Positions 50,711 to 60,677 of a stretch of DNA of 64,000 nt are shown piece by piece. Both the position numbers and the translations under genes were made by a program. Source of the stretch: Vicinamibacteria bacterium (GTDB lineage: Bacteria > Acidobacteriota > Vicinamibacteria > Marinacidobacterales > Marinacidobacteraceae); assembly GCA_963422395.1 (NCBI GenBank), contig OY729431.1, positions 288,001-352,000 of the forward strand. Direction: 5' to 3'. Position 1 is the stretch's first letter; each line of letters opens with the position of its first letter. Under the pieces are notes generated by a model. That model worked only from the letters and a program-made list of their open reading frames with translations. It did not search any database and was not told the origin of the DNA.

Positions 50711-52383
50711 TCATTCCCCCCCGTCCGGCAGGTCGGGCAGCAGCCCCGCGTAGGCGTAGAGGACGGTCGCCACCGACTTCTCGCCGCCGGCCATCCCGTA
50801 CACCTCACCCGCTCCCTCGATCACCCAGAACTCGTTCGCCGCGTGGGCGCCCCCGCCGTGTCCGACGGCTCCGCCCACGATCGGCATGGCGAGATCCGTC
50901 CCGCCGGGGAGCGAGCCGTCTCTCCCGCTGAACAGATACGCCGGCCAGTAGCCCCCGAGGATGGATTCGTCCTCGATCGGCTGCCGGTAACGGATGTCGA
51001 AGATGTCGAACATCCGGGTCACCGAGTCGGCCAGCCGGTTGTCGTAGTTGGATTTCGACCAGGGGACATCGCCGACGATCGTCATCTCCACATCCTCGTA
51101 TCCCTGCTCGTCGAGGTAGTCGCGGACCTTCTGCACCATGGCCAGCCCGTCCTGGTCCGGCACATAGCGGATGTTGTGCTTGGAGGTGATCCGGTTCGGC
51201 AGGATCGCGCCGGCCCCGCCGGGGTACATGTTCCCGGCCCAGACCCCGTCCATGTTGAAGGAGATCCCGTAGCGCGCGTTCTTCAGATGCTGCAGCGGAT
51301 CGTCGGTCATGAAGCGGGCCACCCCGATGTTCTCGGCGGCGACCGTGAGGTCCAGGTTTTCCGCCGCACTTCGGAACATCGCCTCCTCGGCGGGGGTCAG
51401 CGGGGCGGCGCCGTCGTAGAAGCCGGGCACCAACACCCGGTTTCCGTCGTCGGAGATCAGGGTGGACAGCATCTTGATGTGCCGCAGCGCGGGAGCGTCG
51501 GTGGAGCGCTTGTGGGCGCCGTGGATGTTCGAGGCCAGCGGCCCCCGGCCCCAGCTCGCCCCGCTCGTCGTCAACTCGATGTACACGCACCCCTCCGAGC
51601 CGCCGGAAAAGCCGGCCGCCCCGCTCCGCGCCTGGCGCCCGGTGCGGTACATGGCCTCGGCCTCCCGGAAGAGCTCGGGGTTCTCGCGCACGAACTGGCG
51701 CAGGCCGATGGACATCCGCTCCTCGTCCCCCTCGGCGACGAAGATCAGGTTCACCGGCATCGAGCCCGTCACCTCGTAGATCGAGTGGAAGGCGTTCACT
51801 GGGTCATCTGCGGCCCCTTCGAGTTCGTGGCACCCCGCCCGACCATCACCTTCTGGAACGGACCGAACTCGGTCAGCTCGCCGTCGAACGGCGGCAGCAC
51901 CCAGGCCTCGGGCTGGGTGATCGGCATCGTGTCGTACATCCAGTAGATGAGCAGCGTCCGCTCCTGTCCGTAGTCGCAGTTGGCATAGACGACCGGGTTG
52001 CCGGGCTGCCCCCACTCGGTCATGGGAATGTCGTACACCTGCGACTGCTGGCAGCCGAGCTGGTCGAAGAAGCCCTTGACCATCTGGGCGGACTCGGGAA
52101 TGCCCTCGCCGGAGTTGGAAATGCTGGGCTGCTGGATCCAGCGGCGGAGGTTCGTCACATGGCGGTCCACGTTCTCGTCGATGTGGGCGAACACCTGCCG
52201 CAGTTCCTCGGGGAGCTGTTCCAGGTCGGGGGCGATCTCGGTGTCGCCCTGCGCCCGAATCCCGAGAGTTCCCCCGGCGGCCGAGCCCGCCTCGTCCTCC
52301 GCCTCCGGCGCCCCGCAGCCGTAAATGGCCAACCCGGAAAGGGCCAGCGCCAACACACCGCATCGAAACGCTTCGGGCATCAT
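50711..52383 (-). pseudogene. M20/M25/M40 metallohydrolase lipoprotein, split by a 1-bp frameshift near 51797
   Basis: 5' part (lipobox IYGC, WIQQPSIS, GNPVVY, MYDTMP, GRGATNSKGPQMTQ-TGA) continues in another frame (NAFHSI..VNLIFVAEGDEE..HAANE). Confidence 0.8.
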
Positions 52384-52454
52384 CGAAAACTCCTCAGAAA
52401 ATCGAGACCGGGGAATCGGAACCAAGCCGCAAGATCCCCACGGGCCGCCAACGG

Positions 52455-52484
52455 AACATACGCGGCCCCCGGCTACGCTGTCAA
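52455..52484 (-). promoter_or_regulatory. sigma70-type promoter of the M20 gene
   Basis: Minus strand TTGACA, 18 bp, TATGTT. Confidence 0.5.
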
Positions 52485-52747
52485 AGGAATTGGAAAGTCC
52501 CGGGACATCGCGCGCTTCCTCCCCCGGAGGGCGCCGAACGGATAGGATTCCCGGTGACTACAGCGCTCGATCCTCCCGGAGTTGCCGTACTGGCCCCGAG
52601 GGAGATTGCTCCGGTTTTGGAGCGAGTGCTTTGCAGGTCTCCGCTCCGGTACGACTTCGGGTCGCTCCGCGATTTTCCGCGGAGCTCGATACCGCCTGCG
52701 GAGGCCCGGAGAAGCCCCATACGAGGCCCCAACAAGGAAGGAAGCGA

Positions 52748-53083
52748 ATGAAGATCACGGAACGCAGCGTGGGCGGAGTGACCGTCCTCGATCTGGAAGG
52801 CAAGATCGTTCTCGGCGAAGGTGACGATGTCCTGCGGGACAAGGTGCGCGAGGTCATCGCGGCCGGGCGCCGCAAGGTACTGCTCAACCTGGCTGCGGTG
52901 CCCTATGTGGACAGCGCCGGCCTGGGGGAACTGGTCCGATGCCACACCCGCATGGTGCGCACGGATGGGAACATCAAGTTGTTGCATCTGACCAGCCGCA
53001 TGCGGGACCTTCTGCAGATCACGAAACTGGTCACCGTTTTCGAAACCTTCGAATCGGAGGACTCGGCTATCGCGAGCTTCTGA
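52748..53083 (+). CDS. STAS-domain anti-sigma factor antagonist (SpoIIAA/RsbV-like)
   Basis: VTVLDLEGKI, LLNLAAVPYVDSAGLGELV, LLQITKLVTVFETF. Confidence 0.92.
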   Translation: MKITERSVGGVTVLDLEGKIVLGEGDDVLRDKVREVIAAGRRKVLLNLAAVPYVDSAGLGELVRCHTRMVRTDGNIKLLHLTSRMRDLLQITKLVTVFETFESEDSAIASF

Positions 53084-53413
53084 GGGTGGCGCGGCAGGCG
53101 TCCGCGTCGGCGGGGCGCATCCGGTCGGAAGATCCGGATCGGCCTCCCCGTCAGACTGCTACCTGAGCGCCTGTCCGTCCCGCCTCTCTGTCGGCCGTCG
53201 GCCGTTCCGGCTGCGGCCCTGCGGAGCAGAAAGTGGGCTTCGGCGATCGCAAGGAGACAGAGGGGAGGGGTGTGTCCTCCCGGCTCCGGCAGCTCCGTGC
53301 GAGACGTGCGGTTTCGCCGATCCTCTGGTCGGGACGCACTTGCGCGTTCCCCCGCCGCTTTCGTCTCCGCGTCAACCCAAGTCCCGCGATTCCAGCGGGC
53401 ACCGAGGAGACTC

Positions 53414-54148
53414 ATGTCGATTTCCGGCTCCATCGGAGCGTCGCGACCCCAGGCGGCTCCCGAAGAGAACAGAACGACCAAGCCGGATGTCGAGGCCATC
53501 ATGGCCGGCATCCGCAAGACCGTCCGCGAACGGGCCGAGGAGGGTGGCAAGACCGAGCGTGAGTTCAAAGCCGATCTGCGCAAGCGGATGATGCAGCCCT
53601 TCGGCGCGCGAGGCTTCAGCGAAGGTTTCATCGAGCGGGTCCGCTCGCGAGATCAGGCCCGCTGGAACCTCGAGCTGAAGCTGCGGCAGCTGAGCGACGC
53701 GCCGTCCGCTCCGATGCGGATGCTCCGCCGGCTCCTCTCGCCGATCGCGCGGCTCTTCGTGAATCTCCAGCCCGTCTTCGAACTCACGGCGCGCCAGGCT
53801 GAGATCAACGAATACCACCGGCGGCTCCTCTGGGCGATGAATCGGGATCTCGAACTCGCCCGGCTGGAACTGGATCTGGTCAAGCGTGAGCTCCGGCGGC
53901 TCGGAGTGAACGCGGAGTTTTCGTTCAGTCGCGTGTCCGGTTCCGGGGAAATTTCGTCGAAAGGAAAAGTGTCAGGCGGACGACACGAGGGCCGGGGCGG
54001 GCGGCAGGACCGCGGCCGCACCGGCGGGCGGCGCAGCAGTGGGGGCCGGTCGGATCGGGAAGGCGGAGGCCGTCGCGACCGACAGGGATCGCGCCCGCCC
54101 CGCAGCGCGCCGGGCGGAGAGAAAGGCAGCGGTCCCGGGGGCAGATAG
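53414..54148 (+). CDS. Hypothetical coiled-coil protein with Gly/Arg-rich tail, coupled to a glycosyltransferase
   Basis: GAGGAG RBS; DVEAIMAGIRKTVRER, LRRLLSPIARLFVN; stop 2 bp before the GT4 ATG. Confidence 0.7.
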   Translation: MSISGSIGASRPQAAPEENRTTKPDVEAIMAGIRKTVRERAEEGGKTEREFKADLRKRMMQPFGARGFSEGFIERVRSRDQARWNLELKLRQLSDAPSAPMRMLRRLLSPIARLFVNLQPVFELTARQAEINEYHRRLLWAMNRDLELARLELDLVKRELRRLGVNAEFSFSRVSGSGEISSKGKVSGGRHEGRGGRQDRGRTGGRRSSGGRSDREGGGRRDRQGSRPPRSAPGGEKGSGPGGR

Positions 54149-54150
54149 CC

Positions 54151-55611
54151 ATGCACCTCGCTTTCGTGACACCCCGCTTCCTGGCCGAGGACGCCTGTCG
54201 CTCCGAGCGTCTTGCTGCGGCGCTCGCGAAGAGAGCATCCGGCCGCTGGCGGGTCACCGTTCTCACGACCACTGCGGGCAAAAGCTCCGGCGGCCCCTTC
54301 GAAGTCGGACAGGTTCAGGACGAACGCGCCCGGATCCATCGTTTCGCCGAAGCCCCCGAGACAGCGTCCGGGGAGGGAGTGCGGGCGCCTCCCGATGCAC
54401 TGACTTCGTCGCCGCTTCTGAACCACCTGCGGGAGCGTCAGGCGGACTACGACCTGATCGTGGTGTTCGGCTCACGTTTCGCTCTCTGCCGCGAAGCGGC
54501 GCGGATCGAGCCCGAGCGCACCGTTCTCGTGCCCTTCGCCGACGAAGGGGGACTGGATGCTGCCGCGCGCGCCAAGGTGTTCGACCAGCTGGCCGGCTTC
54601 CTCTTCGAGAGCGAGGCCGAAGAGGTCGAGGTGCTGGATCGCTACGGAGTCCATCGCCGCATGCGCGAGACGATCGGAGGAAGCCTACTGTTGCCGCGTT
54701 CGGCCGACGCCGCTGCCTTCCGGCAGCTCTCGGGCCTGGACAGCCCGTATCTGATCCACACCGGCCCCCTGGAGCCGGGCCGCGGCCTCGAAGAATTCGT
54801 CCGTTACTTCGCGACCTTTCGGGAACGCCACTCCGACGCCTCCCTCGATCTGGTGCTGATCGGCTCATCACTCTCGATCCGCATTCCCGGCCGATCGGAC
54901 ATCCGGGTTCTCGACCTTCCCGAGGCCCAGCAGCGTCTCGATGCGGTCGCCGGCGCGCTGATGGCGGTGATTCCCGAACGACTCGCCGGATCCGCCGCGG
55001 CGGCGGAGCCGTTCTCGCTCGGAACGCCCATCCTCGCTAACGCATCCGCGGTCGAGCTGGTCCGCCACTGCAATGCTTCGAGCGGCGGTCTCTACTACCA
55101 AGGCTATGAGGAATTCGAGTTGATTCTCGAGATTGCGCTCGGAGAGCCGTCCCTCATCGGGCGGATGGGGGAGGCCGGACGCGCCTTCCTGGAATCGGAG
55201 AACGACTGGGACGCGTTGATCGCCCGCTACGACCGGGCCTTCCGCAGCTTCACCCGCCCTTCCCGCGCCGGACAGCACCAGCAACCGGCAGCGCCGCGGC
55301 TGGCCGCGGAGCCTCCGCCAGAGGAATCTGCAGCGGCTGCGGAGGGGGTGGAGCCGCAAGGCCCCGTGCCGGCGGCAGACGCCGCCCCTGGATCTCCGGA
55401 ACTGGCGGACGCGGATTCGGAGAACGCCGATTCAGGATCGGCGCCGGAGACCGGACTCCTGCCGGTGGAGCGCGGCGGCTCCGCCGCTCCGGGGAGTCCC
55501 GCCGACGAAGAAACGGTTGCCCGGGAAACCGAAGCGGTGGCTCCTGCTTCGGATCCGGATCCGAAGCAGGCTTCGCTGCCGAACTTTTTTCAGGGCTCCC
55601 TCCGGGACTGA
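54151..55611 (+). CDS. Glycosyltransferase family 4-like protein with acidic C-terminal tail
   Basis: MHLAFVTPRF, VTVLTT, LLNHL..YDLIVVF, LVPFADE, GTPILAN, HCNASSGGLYY, MGEAGRAF. Confidence 0.75.
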   Translation: MHLAFVTPRFLAEDACRSERLAAALAKRASGRWRVTVLTTTAGKSSGGPFEVGQVQDERARIHRFAEAPETASGEGVRAPPDALTSSPLLNHLRERQADYDLIVVFGSRFALCREAARIEPERTVLVPFADEGGLDAAARAKVFDQLAGFLFESEAEEVEVLDRYGVHRRMRETIGGSLLLPRSADAAAFRQLSGLDSPYLIHTGPLEPGRGLEEFVRYFATFRERHSDASLDLVLIGSSLSIRIPGRSDIRVLDLPEAQQRLDAVAGALMAVIPERLAGSAAAAEPFSLGTPILANASAVELVRHCNASSGGLYYQGYEEFELILEIALGEPSLIGRMGEAGRAFLESENDWDALIARYDRAFRSFTRPSRAGQHQQPAAPRLAAEPPPEESAAAAEGVEPQGPVPAADAAPGSPELADADSENADSGSAPETGLLPVERGGSAAPGSPADEETVARETEAVAPASDPDPKQASLPNFFQGSLRD

Positions 55612-57473
55612 TCCCGCCGCAGCGAGCGGGCGGCGCGGCGGAGAGCGGCGACGGCGTTCCGGTGCAGCCGGACAGCGGTATCTATGCCTTCGGGGCGGTT
55701 CGTCAGCAGCCAGAGGCGTCGAAATCTCCTCGCAAGGCGGAGCTGGCGATCGGCGAGGCGGGTCAACTCGTCCGCCAGCTGGTGTTTCCCATCGGGGTTC
55801 GCCCTGGGGGCCGATCGGTACCGGAGCGCCGCGAGACCCCGCTCCGCGGCGAAGAGCGAGGCGTCGAGCGCGTAGCGCCATTCGAGGCCGGGTTGCCCCG
55901 GGGGCAGACCTCGTTCCTCCACCTCGGCCGCCAGTCGGCGCAGCTTTCCGAGGGTCCTCCCGAGCGCCTCCGGCCTCGGAATCCGCCGGCCCGCGCGCAG
56001 CTTCGTTTCGAAGAACACCGTCTTCAGCGGCGAGTGGTTGAAGTGTTGGAATCCGGCGTCGTGGAGCCGTCCGAGCCGAGCCGCGAACTCCCCCGCGAAC
56101 CCCCGAGGGTCTCCGGCGACCTGCTCCGAAAACGCTGCCCGGAGTTCGTCCTCCGGCCGCTCTTCGTTGCCCCAGGCGGCTTCGGCGCCCACCGCGAGCG
56201 GATAGAGAGAGCCGCCGAAGAGGTTGAAGTGCCCGCCGTCACCCCAATCGGTGACGATCAGCCCCGAGGCGCCGAATCGTCGGGCAGCTCGGGCGTGCCC
56301 CCGGATGTTGGGGAGTGCGGTGTCGAGCCTCGGGAACAGACTGCTCCAACCCGAAGTTCCGGCCACGGTGAGGAAGTCCCGGCCGGCGCGCCGGAACCGC
56401 TCGACCCGGTCGAAGTCGTGATCGGGCTCGTACCACCAGTCCGCGAGCACGATGTCGGAGTCGAGCAGGTCGAGCGCCTCGGGATGTTCGGCGAGCACAT
56501 CGGCCCAGATCATCGGACGCTTTCCCAGCGCTCGCGCGATCGCCGCCACCCGGTTCCCATGACCCGCGAAGAGCGCGGCAGGGCCCTCTCGGGCCGCGCG
56601 CGCAGCGGACTGTCCCTCGCCGAGATCCACCGGTTCATCGCAGTTGAGGTGCGCCCAACCGGAAGTGAAACAGGGCAGATATTCGCCGAGGAGATCGCGG
56701 AGGAGCGGATAGGTTCCAGGAGCTTCGGGAGATACCGACCAGAGCCGGTCCGACTCGGCCAATCCGCGGTAGCGGTCCTTTTCGAGAATCCGGCGCAGGT
56801 GTCCGAAGGTCTGGAGGCAGGGGACGAGTTCCACCTGATGTGAGCGAGCGTGCTCGTCGAGTTCGTGGATGTCCCCGGCGGAGAACCCTCCCGACCCGGC
56901 GCCGATCTCGGGGTGTTTCTCGAACAGGAAGGTGTGCTCGGTGTAGAGCATCAGTTCGTTGTAGCGGAGCCGGGCGAGAAGCTCGATCAGCCGCTTCACC
57001 GTTTCGACCCGGGGAACCCGGCCTCGGGAGATGTCGAGCAGGAACCCGCGGCGCCGGAGAGCGGGGGTGTCCCGGATCAGCCCGGCGGGAATCTCTCTCC
57101 CGTTGACGACGAGCTGGGCTATCGCCTCGGCTCCGTAGCGGAGTCCGGCGCTCCCCGCCGCGGCCAGCAGCACGCCGCAACGATCCACCCGGATCTCGAA
57201 GCCCTCCGCGCCCGACGCGGATTCGGCCTCCTGGACTTCAGCCAGGGTGATTTCTCCGACCGCTCCGGCGGGTGCTGCCCGGTCGCTGATACCGGGCCGC
57301 CGCCCGGCACGCTCGCCGAGCCGCGAGACCAGGAAGTCTGCCGCCATCCGTTCCGCCGGCGAGCCGCTTCGGAGCCGGGTTCGGGTCGCTGGTGAAAGCG
57401 GAAAGACGCCGTCTCCGGATTCGGCGAGGCGCGGAGAGGGAAGCATCCGCGCGGCGAGATTCCGGCTGGCCAC
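55590..57473 (-). CDS. Glycoside hydrolase family 20 (beta-N-acetylhexosaminidase-like)
   Basis: IRDTPALRRRGFLLDISRGRVP, LYTEHTF, VPCLQTFGH, HLNCDE, PMIWAD, VTDWGDGGH. Confidence 0.88.
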   Translation of the reverse strand: MASRNLAARMLPSPRLAESGDGVFPLSPATRTRLRSGSPAERMAADFLVSRLGERAGRRPGISDRAAPAGAVGEITLAEVQEAESASGAEGFEIRVDRCGVLLAAAGSAGLRYGAEAIAQLVVNGREIPAGLIRDTPALRRRGFLLDISRGRVPRVETVKRLIELLARLRYNELMLYTEHTFLFEKHPEIGAGSGGFSAGDIHELDEHARSHQVELVPCLQTFGHLRRILEKDRYRGLAESDRLWSVSPEAPGTYPLLRDLLGEYLPCFTSGWAHLNCDEPVDLGEGQSAARAAREGPAALFAGHGNRVAAIARALGKRPMIWADVLAEHPEALDLLDSDIVLADWWYEPDHDFDRVERFRRAGRDFLTVAGTSGWSSLFPRLDTALPNIRGHARAARRFGASGLIVTDWGDGGHFNLFGGSLYPLAVGAEAAWGNEERPEDELRAAFSEQVAGDPRGFAGEFAARLGRLHDAGFQHFNHSPLKTVFFETKLRAGRRIPRPEALGRTLGKLRRLAAEVEERGLPPGQPGLEWRYALDASLFAAERGLAALRYRSAPRANPDGKHQLADELTRLADRQLRLARRFRRLWLLTNRPEGIDTAVRLHRNAVAALRRAARSLRRDQSRREP

Positions 57474-57527
57474 GATCTCACTCTATCCGCTGGTATCCTC
57501 ACTCCCGGAGCGCTTTGCGCGGCGGAA

Positions 57528-58232
57528 TTGGGCCAGACGGGGATCGCCGCTCTCGCTGTTTCCTGGGTCGAGCCGGATACGGTGGTCGGGCTCGGAACCG
57601 GGCGGGCCGCGTCGGCTTTCGTACGCGGACTCGGGGTCCGCATTCGCGCCGGCCTGCGGGTCCGGGGGGTTCCGACCTCGCGCGCCACCGCGCGGCTGGC
57701 CGGTTCCCTGGGGATCCCGCTCGTGGGGTTCGATGAAGTGAGCTCGGTGGATCTGGCGGTGGACGGAGCTGACGAGGTGGACCCGGACCATCACCTCATC
57801 AAGGGACACGGCGGGGCGCTGGCGCGCGAACGGGTGGTTGCGGCGGCAGCAGCCCGGTTCGTGGTTCTGGTGGGTCCGGAAAAGCTCTCGCCGCGCCTCG
57901 GCGCGAAGCGATCGGTACCGGTGGAAGCGATTCCCTTCGCCGCGCCGCAAGCCCGCAGGGCGCTCGAACGGCTCGGCGCCGAGGCCAGGATACGGACGGA
58001 GGCTGATGGAAAGCCTTTCGTGACCGACAACGGCAACTTCCTGCTGGCCGCTTCCTTCGGCGGGATCGCCGATCCGTCGAGCCTGCACCGGCGCATCCGG
58101 GAAATCCCGGGGGTTCTCGATTCGGGCATCTTCACCGGGATGGCCGGGCAGGTTCTCGTGGAAGGGCGGGACGGTCTTTCCGGGACCCGCACGGCGGCGG
58201 TAGGAGTTTCGGCAGGGGTGCCGGGTCGGTGA
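57528..58232 (+). CDS. rpiA: Ribose-5-phosphate isomerase A
   Basis: VVGLGTG, GVPTS, DLAVDGADEVD, LIKGHGGALARE, VPVE, VTDNGN, IPGVLDSG. Confidence 0.95.
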   Translation: MGQTGIAALAVSWVEPDTVVGLGTGRAASAFVRGLGVRIRAGLRVRGVPTSRATARLAGSLGIPLVGFDEVSSVDLAVDGADEVDPDHHLIKGHGGALARERVVAAAAARFVVLVGPEKLSPRLGAKRSVPVEAIPFAAPQARRALERLGAEARIRTEADGKPFVTDNGNFLLAASFGGIADPSSLHRRIREIPGVLDSGIFTGMAGQVLVEGRDGLSGTRTAAVGVSAGVPGR

Positions 58233-58978
58233 GCGGGGTCGCGATCTCGTTTCGGGAGGTCGTGAAGAGTTTCGACGGAAAGCGGGTGCTGCGCGGCGTC
58301 TCGCTCACGGTCGCTCCGGGCGAGATCGTGGTGTTTCTCGGCCGAAGCGGATGCGGCAAGACCACCCTGCTGCGCCTCGTGAACCGGTTGGTCGCTGCAG
58401 ATTCCGGCGAGGTCGCCGTTGGCGGCCGCAAAGTGACGGAGTGGGACCTGGTCGAGCTGCGGCGGAGTATCGGGTACGCGATCCAAGGAGTCGGCCTCCT
58501 GCCCCACCTGAGCGTCCGCGAGAATGTGGCCCTCGTGCCGAGGCTCCGCGGATGGAGTCCGGAGCGCCGCCGGACGCGGGCCGCCGAGATGCTGCACCTC
58601 GTGGGGCTCGATCCAGCGGAGTACGGCTGCCGTCGCCCGGCCGAACTCTCGGGCGGGCAACAGCAGCGGGTGGGGGTAGCGCGCGCACTCGCCGCCGATC
58701 CGCAGGCTCTCCTCATGGACGAGCCGTTCGGGGCGGTGGATCCGATCGGGCGGCGGAGCCTGCAGGAGGAGTTCCGCTCACTCGCCAGCGATCTCGGGAA
58801 GACCGTCCTCTTCGTGACTCATGATGCGGCGGAGGCGTTTCGACTGGCCGACCGGATCGCGGTGATGGCGGATGGAGAAGTTCGGCAGGCGGCTTCGCCC
58901 CGAGAGATCCGGGAGTCGCCCGCCGACGGGCTGGTGCGGGGTCTGATCCAGGACATTCCGCTGGGGGACCTCCGATGA
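58229..58978 (+). CDS. Osmoprotectant (glycine betaine/choline) ABC transporter ATP-binding subunit
   Basis: GRSGCGKTT, LRRSIGYAIQ..GLLPH, LSGGQQQRVGVARALAADP, LMDEPFGAVDP. Confidence 0.92.
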   Translation: MSGVAISFREVVKSFDGKRVLRGVSLTVAPGEIVVFLGRSGCGKTTLLRLVNRLVAADSGEVAVGGRKVTEWDLVELRRSIGYAIQGVGLLPHLSVRENVALVPRLRGWSPERRRTRAAEMLHLVGLDPAEYGCRRPAELSGGQQQRVGVARALAADPQALLMDEPFGAVDPIGRRSLQEEFRSLASDLGKTVLFVTHDAAEAFRLADRIAVMADGEVRQAASPREIRESPADGLVRGLIQDIPLGDLR

Positions 58979-59625
58979 GTTTCCTGGAATTCCTCAGCGG
59001 GCGCTGGCCCGAGCTCGTCGAACTGACCATCCAGCACATCGTGCTCGTGACCGCCTCGGTGGGGGCTGCGATCGCGATCGCCGTTCCCCTGGGGCTCGCC
59101 ATCACCCGGATTCCCGCTCTGGGGCGTCCGCTGCTCGGTTTCGCCAGCGTTATCCAGACGGTTCCCTCGCTCGCCCTGTTCGGCCTGCTGATCCCCCTGC
59201 CGCTGATCGGAGGCATCGGCAGCCGGACCGCGATCATCGCCCTGATCCTCTATGCTCTGCTGCCGATCCTGCGGAACACGGTGACCGGAGTGAAGCAGCT
59301 CGACCCCGCGATCCTCGACGCCGCCGACGGTATGGGGATGACCGATTGGCAGCGGCTGACGCTGGTTGAGATCCCGCTGGCGCTGCCTTCGATCTTCGCC
59401 GGGATCCGGATCGCCGCCGTGGTCGGCGTCGGGCTGGTGACGATCGCCGCCGCGGTGGGCGCCGGCGGGCTCGGCTCGTTCATCTTCCGGGGGCTGGCGA
59501 TGCTCGATTCCCGATTGCTCTTCGCCGGAGCGATCCCTTCGGCGCTCCTCGCGCTGGCTGCCGACGGCGGGCTCGCCCTGCTCGAATCCCGCCTCGCCTT
59601 CTCCCGCGGAGTGCGCGTGCGATGA
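58975..59625 (+). CDS. Osmoprotectant ABC transporter permease
   Basis: IQTVPSLALFG, YALLPILRNT, DAADGMGMT..LVEIPLA, IAAAVGAGGLG. Confidence 0.92.
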   Translation: MSFLEFLSGRWPELVELTIQHIVLVTASVGAAIAIAVPLGLAITRIPALGRPLLGFASVIQTVPSLALFGLLIPLPLIGGIGSRTAIIALILYALLPILRNTVTGVKQLDPAILDAADGMGMTDWQRLTLVEIPLALPSIFAGIRIAAVVGVGLVTIAAAVGAGGLGSFIFRGLAMLDSRLLFAGAIPSALLALAADGGLALLESRLAFSRGVRVR

Positions 59626-60677
59626 AGCGGGGCGAGTCGAACCGGAGACCGGCACCCTGGCAGGCGATGTCCGATCAGGCGATGTGCCGGCAATCGGAAC
59701 GGCAGGCGGTCTCCCGGCGGAGCTTTCTCCGCCGCGCCCTCGGCGCCCCGAGCGCCCTGCTCGCGCCCGGCCTCGCTACCGGGCTCTCCGGGGTGCGCTG
59801 TAATCCCGGAGGGCCTTCGTCGATCGTGGGCGCGAAGACCTATTCCGAGCAGCTGATCCTGGGCGAAATCATCGCGCGTCTCGTCGAGGCCGAAGGGGTG
59901 CCGGTCACCCGGCGCTTCCAGATGCAGACCTTTCTGCTGCACTCCGCCCTCGGGACCGGAGATCTCGATTGTTATGTGGAGTACACCGGGACCGCCTATT
60001 CCGCGATCCTGCGCGAAACCTTCGTGGCCGGGCAGACCGCCGCGGCGGTGTACCAGCGGGTGAAGCAGCTCTACGAGGAGCGGTACGACCTCCGTCTCGG
60101 GCCGCCGATCGGCTTCTCGAACGACTATGTGGTGGCCATCCGCCGGGACCATGCGGCGGAGGCCGGACTCGCTTCCCTTTCCGATCTGGCACGCACCGAG
60201 GGATTTCGCCTAGTGGCGGGGTATCCATTCTTCGAACGCGCCGATGGATTTCGGGGGATGATCGACTTCTACGGTTTCACGTCGCCGCCGGAAACCATCC
60301 AGGTGGATATGGACATGGTCTGGCAGGTGATCGAGGCGGGGGAGGCGGATGTCGCGATCGGCAACTCCACCGACGGCAGGATCTCGAAACTGGATCTCGT
60401 CCTCCTCGAGGACGACCGCTCCTGGTTCCCTCCCTACCAGTCGGCCGTCGCGTACCGCCCGGGTGCGGTCCCCGCAGTCCGGGAAGTCGCCGAACGGCTC
60501 GGCGGCGCCATCGACACCGAGACGATGCGCGCGCTCAACCTCCGGGTGGATGTGGACGGCGAGCAGCCCGACGAGGTCGCCGCCGACTTCCTCGCAAGCA
60601 GCGGCCTCATCGACCCTTTTCCCGCGCGAGGCGCCGCCGCCCTTCGGCGACTACCAGCCAGAGCCCTGCCGCAGTGA
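59622..60677 (+). CDS. Osmoprotectant ABC transporter substrate-binding protein (Tat signal)
   Basis: SRRSFL twin-arginine motif; VGAKTYSEQLILG, YVEYTGT, GFSNDY, FFERADG, STDGRI, LEDDRSWFPPY; start uncertain. Confidence 0.88.
   Translation: MKRGESNRRPAPWQAMSDQAMCRQSERQAVSRRSFLRRALGAPSALLAPGLATGLSGVRCNPGGPSSIVGAKTYSEQLILGEIIARLVEAEGVPVTRRFQMQTFLLHSALGTGDLDCYVEYTGTAYSAILRETFVAGQTAAAVYQRVKQLYEERYDLRLGPPIGFSNDYVVAIRRDHAAEAGLASLSDLARTEGFRLVAGYPFFERADGFRGMIDFYGFTSPPETIQVDMDMVWQVIEAGEADVAIGNSTDGRISKLDLVLLEDDRSWFPPYQSAVAYRPGAVPAVREVAERLGGAIDTETMRALNLRVDVDGEQPDEVAADFLASSGLIDPFPARGAAALRRLPARALPQ

Noticed and set aside
51796-51798. TGA in the M20 gene as selenocysteine
   Set aside because: Homology continues in a different frame, so it is a frameshift, not read-through
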